Of a DNA stretch of 64,000 bases, positions 1-10,422 are shown in pieces. The translations under genes and the position numbers were made by a program. Origin of the DNA: Macrostomum lignano. Its lineage: Eukaryota. The DNA is taken from contig NIVC01000697.1 in NCBI GenBank assembly GCA_002269645.1, positions 186,001 to 250,000 on the forward strand, given 5' to 3'. The notes beneath the pieces are model-generated. The model made no database searches. It saw nothing but the letters and a program-made list of their open reading frames with translations, and was not told the DNA's origin. Numbering within the stretch: the stretch's first letter is position 1; the number at the start of each line of letters is the position of its first letter.

Positions 1-59
1 TGCATTTCTATTGACTTGCCCACCTATTCTTACCTGGAATTTTCATTGTCTGTCAACAG

Positions 60-3000
60 GCACTGGCGAATCGGGCAAATCAACAATACGAAAGCAGATG
101 CAGATTATTCATATTAATGGCTTTAGCAGCAGGTAAGTCGCTTCTTTGTTACTCGTAGTTTTTATTGCTCTATTTGTTTCTCTGTCTGTGGCTCTGTCTG
201 TGGCTCTGTCTGTGGCTCTGTGGCTCTGTCTGTGGCTCTGTGGCTCTGTCTGTGGCTCTGTCTGTGGCTCTGTGGCTCTGTCTGTGGCTCTGTCTGTGGC
301 TCTGTATTTTTTGAATAGTTCAGTATAGTCCGTGTGGTTCACTATGGCCTGTGTGGTTCCCTATGGCCTTTGTGGTTCCCTATGGCCTGTGTGGTTCCCT
401 ATGGCCTGTGTGGTTCCCTATGGCCTGTGTGGTTCCCTATGGCCTGTGTGGTTCCCTATGGCCTGTGTGGTTCCCTATGGCCTGTGTGGTTCCTTATGGC
501 CTGTGTGGTTCCCTATGGCCTGTGTGGTTCCCTATGGCCTGTGTGGTTCCCTATGACCTGTGTGGTTACCTATGGCCTGTTTGGTTCCCTATGGCCTGTG
601 TGGTTCCCTATGGCCTGTGTGGTTCCCTATGGCCTGTGTGGTTCCCTTTGGTCTGTGTGGTACGTTTGAAGTTTTGTGCGGTTTACTGGCTTTTTCTCGC
701 TTTTCAGAACCGCTACATAGAGTGTTATTTCAGTCTCTAAACTTGCATGTTTTCACGTGTTTCCCCGCTTGCACTGGGCTCAAAGTATCTGACTGGCTAC
801 TGCAAAACTCGTGACCGATTTCAGAGAGCGCGAAGAGAAGTTGGCCTACATGCGTCGGAATATTCGCGACTCCATAGCAGTGAGTGAGGGGTCACTTCTG
901 CACAAATAATTAGCTGTTTGTTTATAGCATTCAAATCCATTCAAAGGGGAGCAGCAGGTGCCTAAGGCAGTGTCGCTTGATTAAGTGGGCTTCACTGCTG
1001 CACCGATTACGCAAGCTCTTAGCGATAATTAATTGACAACGGTCCACTCCTAATAATTAGACTTTTCGAAGTCTGTACCTTGCCTTACCTGATAAGCCTT
1101 GTCGTAATGTAATTAAATCTGATTCGCGCGCCCAAAGATCCTGGGTTCGATTCCGTACGGGCTTGTGCATGGAAATCAGCCTGAAGCTTGTCCTTGGGCC
1201 AAAACCTAGCCACCGACTGTGTGAGCTGCGCGCTTGCTCGGGAGTCAGTCGGAATAGGCATGACTGCCCGCCTCCTTAACTAGCTGCGGGTTCACATCCG
1301 CATCCACATCCATATCCACATCCACATCCACATCCACATGCACATCCACATGCACATCCACATCCACATCCACATCCACATCCACACCCACATCCACATC
1401 CACATCCACATCCAAATCCACATCAGTATCCACATCCGCATTCACATCCACATTCACATTCACATCCACATCTACATTCACATTCACATCCACATCTACA
1501 TCCACATCCAAACCCAGATCCAAACCCACATCCGTATCCACATCCGCATTCAAATCCACATCCACATCCACATCCGCATCCACATCCGCATCCACATCCG
1601 CATCTACATCCACATAACGCATCCGCATCTACATCCACATAACGCATCCACGCCACATCCACATTCACAATTACACCCGCATCTGTATCCGCATCCGTAT
1701 CCACATCCACCTCCACACCCACATCCGCAGTGCATCATAGCAGCGATGGACAAGCTGGACATAGCCTACACCAGCGAGGAAGCCGCCAGCCTTGGCGCCT
1801 GGGTTCTGCGATTGATGGCTGAGAACCACGTGCACAATTCTGTCCAGGCCGATCAGGATCCGTTTGACTATTCGCAAGAGTTCTTCGACGCCGTGGAGAA
1901 ACTGTGGCAGGATAAGGGAGTGCAGGAGAGCTTCAGTCAATCTAGCCGCTATCAGCTCATCGACTGCGCCAAGTAGTGAGTAGTGAGCTCTCTTTTGACG
2001 GTCTGTACTGCCAGAAAGGCACTAATGGGATTTGGTTTGCGATTTGAACATAAAAAAATTCTATACTTGTTACTCAACCATTAGCAGAATAATGACTTAG
2101 TAAATGAGCAGTGTAGCTGAAATCATGGTTTCGTGGCACATAATTGGGCTCAGGTCATGCTCAGGAGCCAGTGCAGGGGACTCAGTGAGCCAGAGGAAAT
2201 GCATGACTTCTTGCCTCCTCGCAGGCTGCAGTTCAACTGTCGCATTGATTTGTGTCCAGTGCCCGTAGCCTCCCTGCAGACTTAGTAACTAGCTAATAAC
2301 AATTCCAATGATGGAGTTCATTATTTGAGCGGAAACCAAGGAGATGGGCAAACTTTTCAGTCCGCATCACTTCATATTTAATGTGCTGAAAGAACCAAAA
2401 CTATATACCAGTCTAATGATGATGCTTTGTCCATGGGATTCTGTGAAGACTCTTGACAATCGTTTGACATGCTAGTGCATAGCACGCATCTGAAGCCTCA
2501 GAAAGCGGGTGGTTCGGATGTCTTGGTAATCTTACTGCTAATCAACTGGATTGATTCCGAACAGATGGCAAATTTCCCCAATCATCAATATACGCTGGTC
2601 CCTGCCCTGATTACTGGTTCAATGACTAGGCTACATGACTTGCCACTTTGTGTCTGGCTGCCACTTACTAATGCGTTGTATTCTACGTTGAAGTTATAGA
2701 ATATTATTCTCCTGATATAATGCTGGAGGAATGCTTGAACGGAAATAAATTCATTATCATGCAGCATTTTTTAACTTTGCTACTATAGCCTGAATATTCT
2801 GAAATATCTGAAGTATCTGTAGCTTCTTCTGTAATGAACCGTCAGGTTTGATGTGGGTCCCGATTTGTAAGGTTCGCCTGACCACGGCGCAAATAAACTA
2901 CACTAATTTATTCACAAAACTGCAGCTTCCTGGATCGAGTTCACCTATTTCGGGACAAAAGCTACATGCCCACCGATCAGGACATCCTGCGTTGCCGCAT

Positions 3001-6000
3001 AATGACTAATGACATATCGGACATTCAGTTCGACATTAAGGACGGCCACCACAGTGTGAAGTTTCGGTGAGAATACTGCTTCACTTTCTCATTGTATGTA
3101 TGTAGCTCCCCCACTTCATTCCTCAACTCAAGCGTAGAGGAAGCTAAGGCGTAGCTAAGTTGCGTCACTCGCAAAGATTGAGAGGCTTTACCTGCACTTT
3201 TCGATGTGGCTGATTATAGCTTTTTCTTCTTTTCATTCATCCTCAACACATTCATCAATAAACCAAAGTCGCTCGAAGTGACTCAACCAAATTCAATGAT
3301 CAGCTAATGTCACTCAACCAAAGTAAATTATCAGCCAATGTCACTGCACAAAGCCAATGATCAGCTATTGTCCCTCAGTCGAACTAAGTCAACCGAATTC
3401 ACTAGACAAAAGTTACTGAAAAGAAAGTGCTAAAAAAAGTTACTCGTCCCGCCAAACGCAGAGTGTTCGACGTTGGTGGACAAAAAGGCGAGCGCAAAAA
3501 GTGGATCCAATGCTTCAACAATGTCACCGCCATTCTCTACCTATGCGATGTCAGCAGCTTCGACCTGACCCTCAAGGAGGATATCGACTCTGATCGGCCG
3601 AAGAATCGACTGCTCGAATCGCTCGACACGTTCCAGGAGGTGTGGCTCAATCGCTACCTCCAGGACGTGTCCATTCTGCTGTTCATCAACAAAATCGACC
3701 AACTGGAGGAAAAAGTGCGGGCGGGTAAATCGCTACGATCGATGATCAAGTACTGCCAGCAGGGCCTGCAGCTCGAGCAGCAGGAGCTCGAGGAGCAGCA
3801 GGTATTTATTGATCAGATGAGCAAAATCATTGTCCTGTCCTGTCCTGTCCTGTCCTGTCCTATCCTGTCCTGTCCTGTCCTGTCCTGTCCTGTCCTGTCC
3901 TGTCCTGTCCTGTCCTGTCCTGTCCTGTCCTGTCCTGTCCTGTCCTGTCCTGTCCTGTCCTGTCCTGTCCTGTCCTGTCCTGTCCTGTCCTGTTCTGTCC
4001 TGTCCTGTCCTGTCCTGTCCTGTCCTGTTCTGTCCTGTCCTGTCCTGTCCTGTCCTGTCCTGTTCTGTCCTGTCCTGTTCTATCCTGGCCCTGTCCTATC
4101 TGTGTGTGAATTTTGCATTCGCTTTGGTTAAAAATTAAGTATAAAATTCATGCCAACATTTGCGTTTAATCCAGTCAAACATTTCCGGCTTCTTAAAAAG
4201 TTGTTGATGAAACAAACTAGCAGTCTACAATCGAAGGACTCTCATATTCCTTTTGAACTAAGAAGTAATTAGGCTTTACGATACGCTGCAACCTGTAAAA
4301 TGGAAGAGTTTTGATATTCAGATCCAATGCATTTTTGCTTAATTGAAAAACTCAAAAAGTAAAACACGAAAGCGTAAACTCATTTTTCAAACGAGTACAA
4401 AAATTAACTTTTTAGCAAATCGGCGATGGACTCACGGGTCAGGCAATGAACGGCGTTAGCTTGTCCAGCAGGCACCACCCTGGGGGCGGCGTTGTCGGTC
4501 TTGGCGGCGGCGGCGGCGGCGGCGGTAGCGGCGGCGGCGGCGGCAAGAAGAAGAATGTTGGGCCGCTTGATCTGCGCCAATTTGTCTGTCAGTTCGACTT
4601 CGACCAGTTCGAGCCGACAGGTAAAAAATAAATTATGCAGCTTATTTCTCCATTTCTTCGTTGAGATGCAGCTAAACTCTCCAATTCTTCGTTGGGTTGC
4701 AGTTAACCTCTCCGATTCTTTGTTTGGATTCAGTTAACCTCTCCGATTCTTTGTTTGGATTCAGTTAACCTCTCTGATTCTTTGTTTGGATTCAGTTAAC
4801 CTCTCTGATTCTTTGTTTGGATTCAGTTAACCTCTCTGATTCTTTGTTTGGATTCAGTTAACCTCTCCGATTCTTTGTTTGGATTCAGCTAACCTCTCCG
4901 ATTCTTTGTTTGGATTCAGCTAACCTCTCCGATTCTTTGTTTGGATTCAGTTAACCTCTCCGATTCTTTGTTTGGATTCAGTTAACCTCTCCGATTCTTT
5001 GTTTGGATTCAGTTAACCTCTCTGATTCTTTGTTTGGATTCAGTTAACCTCTCCGATTCTTTGTTTGGATTCAGTTAACCTCTCCGATTCTTCGTTTGGA
5101 TTCAGTTAACCTCTCTGATTCTTTGTTTGGATTCAGTTAACCTCTCCGATTCTTTGTTTGGATTCAGTTAACCTCTCCGATTCTTCGTGAAGATTCAGTT
5201 AACCTCTCCGATTCTTTGTTTGGATTCAGTTAACCTCTCCGATTCTTCGTGAAGATTCAGTTAACCTCTCCGATTCTTTGTTTGGATTCAGTTAACCTCT
5301 CCGATTCTTCGTGAAGATTCAGTTAACCTCTCCGATTCTTTGTTTGGATTCAGTTAACCTCTCCGATTCTTTGTTTGGATTCAGCTAACCTCCGATTCTT
5401 TGTTTGGATTCAGTTAACCTCTCCGATTCTTCGTTTGGATTCAGTTAACCTCTCCGATTCTTTGTTTGGATTCAGTTAACCTCTCTGATTCTTTGTTTGG
5501 ATTCAGCTAACCTCTCCGATTCTTTGTTTGGATTCAGTTAACCTCTCCGATTCTTTGTTTGGATTCAGTTAACCTCTCCGATTCTTTGTTTGGATTCAGC
5601 TAACCTCCGATTCTTTGTTTGGATTCAGTTAACCTCTTCGATTCTTCGTTTGGATTCAGTTAACCTCTCTGATTCTTTGTTTGGATTCAGTTAACCTCTC
5701 TGATTCTTTGTTTGGATTCAGTTAACCTCTCCGATTCTTCGTTTGGATTCAGTTAACCTCTCCGATTCTTTGTTTGGATTCAGCTAACCTCCGATTCTTT
5801 GTTTGGATTCAGTTAACCTCTCCGATTCTTCGTTTGGATTCAGTTAACCTCTCCGATTCTTTGTTTGGATTCAGTTAACCTCTCCGATTCTTTGTTTGGA
5901 TTCAGTTAACCTCTCCGATTCTTTGTTTGGATTCAGTTAACCTCTCCGATTCTTTGTTTGGATTCAGTTAACCTCTCCGATTCTTTGTGAAGATGCAGTT

Positions 6001-9000
6001 AACCTCTCCGATTCTTTGTTTGGATTCAGTTAACCTCTCCGATTCTTTGTGAAGATGCAGTTAACCTCTCCGATTCTTTGTTTGGATTCAGTTAACCTCT
6101 CCGATTCTTTGTTTGGATTCAGTTAACCTCTCCGATTCTTTGTTTGGATTCAGTTAACCTCTCCGATTCTTTGTTTGGATTCAGTTAACCTCTCCGATTC
6201 TTTGTTTGGATTCAGTTAACCTCTCCGATTCTTTGTTTGGATTCAGTTAACCTCTCCGATTCTTTGTTTGGATTCAGTTAACCTCTCCGATTCTTTGTGA
6301 AGATGCAGTTAACCTCTCCGATTCTTTGTTTGGATTCAGTTAACCTCTCCGATTCTTTGTGAAGATGCAGTTAACCTCTCCGATTCTTTGTTTGGATTCA
6401 GTTAACCTCTCCGATTCTTTGTTTGGATTCAGTTAACCTCTCCGATTCTTTGTTTGGATTCAGTTAACCTCTCTGATTCTTTGTTTGGATTCAGTTAACC
6501 TCTCCGATTCTTTGTTTGGATTCAGTTAACCTCTCCGATTCTTTGTTTGGATTCAGTTAACCTCTCCGATTCTTTGTTTGGATTCAGTTAACCTCTCCGA
6601 TTCTTTGTGAAGATGCAGTTAACCTCTCCGATTCTTTGTTTGGATTCAGCTAACCTCTCCGATTCTTTGTTTGGATTCAGTTAACCTCTCCAATTCTTTG
6701 TTTGGATTCAGTTAACCTCTCCGATTCTTTGTTTGGATTCAGTTAACCTCTCCGATTCTTTGTTTGGATTCAGTTAACCTCTCCGATTCTTTGTTTGGAT
6801 TCAGTTAACCTCTCCGATTCTTTGTTTGGATTCAGTTAACCTCTCCGATTCTTTGTTTGGATTCAGTTAACCTCTCCGATTCTTTGTTTGGATTCAGTTA
6901 ACCTCTCTGATTCTTCGTTTGGATTCAGTTAACCTCTCCGATTCTTTGTTTGGATTCAGTTAACCTCTCCGCTTCTTTGTTTGGATTCAGTTAACCTCTC
7001 CGATTCTTTGTTTGGATTCAGTTAACCTCTCCGATTCTTTGTTTGGATTCAGTTAACCTCTCTGATTCTTTGTTTGGATTCAGTTAACCTCTCTGATTCT
7101 TTGTTTGGATTCAGTTAACCTCTCCGATTCTTTGTTTGGATTCAGTTAACCTCTCCGATTCTTCGTTTGGATTCAGTTAACCTCTCTGATTCTTTGTTTG
7201 GATTCAGTTAACCTCTCTGATTCTTTGTTTGGATTCAGTTAACCTCTCCGATTCTTTGTGAAGATGCAGTTAACCTCTCCGATTCTTTGTTTGGATTCAG
7301 TTAACCTCTCTGATTCTTTGTTTGGATTCAGTTAACCTCTCCGATTCTTTGTGAAGATGCAGTTAACCTCTCCGATTCTTTGTTTGGATTCAGTTAACCT
7401 CTCCGATTCTTTGTTTGGATTCAGTTAACCTCTCTGATTCTTTGTTTGGATTCAGTTAACCTCTCCGATTCTTTGTTTGGATTCAGTTAACCTCTCCGAT
7501 TCTTTGTTTGGATTCAGTTAACCTCTCTGATTCTTTGTTTGGATTCAGTTAACCTCTCCGATTCTTTGTTTGGATTCAGTTAACCTCTCCGATTCTTCGT
7601 TTGGATTCAGTTAACCTCTCCGATTCTTTGTTTGGATTCAGTTAACCTCTCCGATTCTTTGTTTGGATTCAGTTAACCTCTCCGATTCTTTGTTTGGATT
7701 CAGTTAACCTCTCCGATTCTTTGTTTGGATTCAGTTAACCTCTCCGATTCTTTGTTTGGATTCAGTTAACCTCTCTGATTCTTTGTTTGGATTCAGTTAA
7801 CCTCTCCGATTCTTTGTTTGGATTCAGTTAACCTCTCCGATTCTTCGTTTGGATTCAGTTAACCTCTCCGATTCTTTGTTTGGATTCAGTTAACCTCTCC
7901 GATTCTTTGTTTGGATTCAGTTAACCTCTCTGATTCTTTGTTTGGATTCAGTTAACCTCTCCGATTCTTTGTTTGGATTCAGTTAACCTCTCCGATTCTT
8001 TGTTTGGATTCAGTTAACCTCTCCGATTCTTTGTTTGGATTCAGTTAACCTCTCCGATTCTTTGTTTGGATTCAGTTAACCTCTCCGATTCTTTGTTTGG
8101 ATTCAGTTAACCTCTCCGATTCTTTGTTTGGATTCAGCTAACCTCTCCGATTCTTTGTTTGGATTCAGTTAACCTCTCCGATTCTTTGTTTGGATTCAGT
8201 TAACCTCTCCGATTCTTTGTTTGGATTCAGTTAACCTCTCCGATTCTTTGTTTGGATTCAGTTAACCTCTCTGATTCTTTGTTTGGATTCAGTTAACCTC
8301 TCCGATTCTTTGTTTGGATTCAGTTAACCTCTCCGATTCTTTGTTTGGATTCAGTTAACCTCTCTGATTCTTTGTTTGGATTCAGTTAACCTCTCCGATT
8401 CTTTGTTTGGGATTCTGCCTACGTTTTTCCCATCAACTGAATGTGGCTGAATACTTATGCAACTAGACTTTATTAACTCAGCAACGTGTAAAAGTTCCAC
8501 GACCCTCACTGGTTTTGAGGTGGAAGTTTTAACACGCTGCTTAGTAGTGCACTAAACATTAAATGTTTCAGGTACTCGTTGGTGGGTGCGTGATTGATTT
8601 TTGAAAAATATGGCTCAATCAATTTTGTTAAACGTGCACCGTTAGGGAACGAATTTTCAGGATTCGGTACATGTCTCCTGACTCAATGCTAATGAATGGG
8701 TTGTAAAAATGTCAGATAAATGCCAGGTCCTTTTTGTGTAGAGAAGGTTTTGACTGCTCTTTCCTTACTCGTCAATATTATTTCGTTTCTCGTTTCTGTC
8801 TTTCTGCCTGACGTCCCAGTCGTGTCTCAGTCGATGCCGCATCTCGGCGCAGCTCAGCTCGCTGTGTACTCAAGTGCTGTACTCGTTGTTGTTGTTGTTG
8901 TAAGGGGCTAGCCTGCCAGCAGGGCGGCAGGCACGCAGGCAGCCGCTGTGTCCCTGTCGACAGCCGAAGGGTGGACACTTTGGTTCTCCTGCCGCCGGAA

Positions 9001-10422
9001 ACCGGCAGGAGCCGACGACAGGATTAAGCCGGGTCGCCATGACAAGGCAGTGTCCATGACCGTGCCCCCGACGGACTGGGGCACCCGGTCCCTGTTGGGG
9101 CCGGCGGGCTATACTCGTACGAGTAGCTAGCTGTGTTTTGTGCTACGGGCTGCAATCAGTCAATGCAGTTCTTTCTCGCTCGAAACTTTATTTCGCTGTC
9201 TCGTTCGCCACTCTGTACCTGTGATCTTTTAAATATGACGCATACGGCATACTCGTATCGATGAAAAATCATAGTGCGAGCGTTTCACAATCTTTTAATT
9301 ATCAATATTCAATTTTTTAATTAGTCGAATTTTGCTCAAGTAGAGTGACGCTACGCTCATACCCTGGTAAATCGTGCGATGTGAGTATGAAAGTACGTCA
9401 ATAAACATTGTGACTCTTTCAAGGGCATTACCAAAAACTAAACCAATCAGCTTCAAGAGCTTCAGCAACGCGTGTATTTGATTTATGTTTTGTAGGTGTG
9501 GCTCACTTATTGGAGTAGATAGTTCGGAAACCGTCAGTCAGTATTTTGTCACAGTTTGGTTTGCAATAAAACTCGCGCTTGAATTCACACAAACCCGCAG
9601 AAAATGACAAGAAAGAATTTCTGCAGTCATTTCCCCGCCTGGACGAGCTCGAGGAGGGCATTACAGCCGCCGGGACTCAGGAGGCGGCAAGATCAAACGG
9701 TCAAGCTAGCGGCGGCGGGAAACGCCGGAGGAAAACCAGCGACGTGCCCGTCGTTCACCCGGAGACGGTGAAAACCGCCTGCTATGTGAAAAACGTCTTC
9801 ATGGTGAGGCAGGGAGGCTGAAGGATGGACGGCTTCGCTGTTTTGAGTTCAATGGGAGTGCAATGAGAAGGAGTGTGCGGTGTGAGGAGCGTGCAGTAGG
9901 AGGGAGTGTGCAGTGGGAGAGAGTGTGCAGTGGGAGAGAGTGTGCAGTTGGAGAGAGTGTGCAGTGGGAGAGAGTGAGCAGTGGGAGAGAGTGTGCAGTG
10001 GGAGAGAGTGTGCAGTAGGAGGGAGTGTGCAGTGGGAGAGAGTGAGCAGTGGGAGAGAGTGTGCAGTGGGAGAGAGTGTGCAGTGGGAGAGAGTGTGCAG
10101 TGGGAGAGTGTGCAGTGGGAGGGAGTGTGCAGTGGGAGAGAGTGTGCAGTTGGAGAGTGTGCAGTGTGAGAGAGTGTGCAGAGGCAGTGTGCAGCGGCAG
10201 TGTGCAGTGGGGGGATGCCAGGATGTGCAGAAATATTCGCCATTCAACCCACAGAAAATAGCGGAACGGAAACGCCAGTCGGATTTCAAATACGAGTACC
10301 ACCACCACACCTGCTGCTGCTACTACACCTGCGCTGTCAACACCGACAATGTGAAGAAGGTGCTGGAGGGCTGCCGGACCTTCATCATAGACAAGCACCT
10401 GGAGCGATTCGGCATTCTGTGA
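60..10422 (+). CDS. Heterotrimeric G-protein alpha subunit, divergent Gs/Gf-like; 5'-partial (first exon lies left of the window); 8 exons visible, about 474 aa visible
   Basis: Exons 60-132, 825-879, 1731-1975, 2926-3066, 3462-3801, 4443-4620, 9601-9803 and 10231-10422 (alternative in-frame acceptor 10222). All introns are GT-AG with matching phases (2,0,2,2,0,1,0). Motifs: G1 [21 protein letters not shown], switch [11 protein letters not shown]3 [18 protein letters not shown]4 LFINKID, G5 TCAVNT, C-terminus HLERFGIL*. The intron positions and the [15 protein letters not shown] wording are closest to the Gs class. Confidence 0.93.
170..305. repeat. (TCTGTGGC/TCTGTCTGTGGC)n simple repeat in a G-alpha intron
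   Basis: Directly visible 8/12-bp periodicity. Confidence 0.9.
330..655. repeat. 19-bp minisatellite (GTGGTTCCCTATGGCCTGT)n, about 17 copies
   Basis: The 19-aa periodic ORFs in the track equal 3 x 19 bp. Confidence 0.95.
1120..1245 (+). mobile_element. Degenerate tRNA-derived SINE fragment
   Basis: B-box GGGTTCGATTCC at 1143-1154, followed by CORE-like TGTCCTTGGGC at 1189-1199. No clear A-box or tail. Confidence 0.35.
1290..1726. repeat. Degenerate (CACATC)n hexamer repeat running up to the exon acceptor at 1730
   Basis: Visible periodicity; source of the HI/DV-repeat ORFs. Confidence 0.95.
3831..4085. repeat. (CTGTC)n pentamer microsatellite
   Basis: Visible periodicity just after the donor at 3802. 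Confidence 0.95.
4636..8412. repeat. 31-bp minisatellite (GATTCAGTTAACCTCTCCGATTCTTTGTTTG)n, about 120 copies, about 3.7 kb
   Basis: Period 31 (4758 to 4789). Degenerate founder units start 15 nt after the donor at 4621. No spacers. Confidence 0.97.
8887..9107 (-). mobile_element. Short non-coding retroposon (SINE-like element or LINE 3' end) with a (CAA)n tail
   Basis: On the minus strand it ends ...GCTAGCCCCTTA(CAA)5. Flanked by GCTGTACTCGT (8876-8886) and GCTATACTCGT (9108-9118), 10/11 identical, read as a TSD. GC-rich with several hairpins. Confidence 0.65.
9860..10210. repeat. 17-bp minisatellite (GAGTGTGCAGTGGGAGA)n filling the last G-alpha intron
   Basis: Period 17 (9906, 9923, 9940). 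Confidence 0.95.

Noticed and set aside
4636-8412. 31-bp repeat array as a CRISPR
   Set aside because: Units are contiguous with no spacers, there are no cas genes, and the array lies in a eukaryotic intron.
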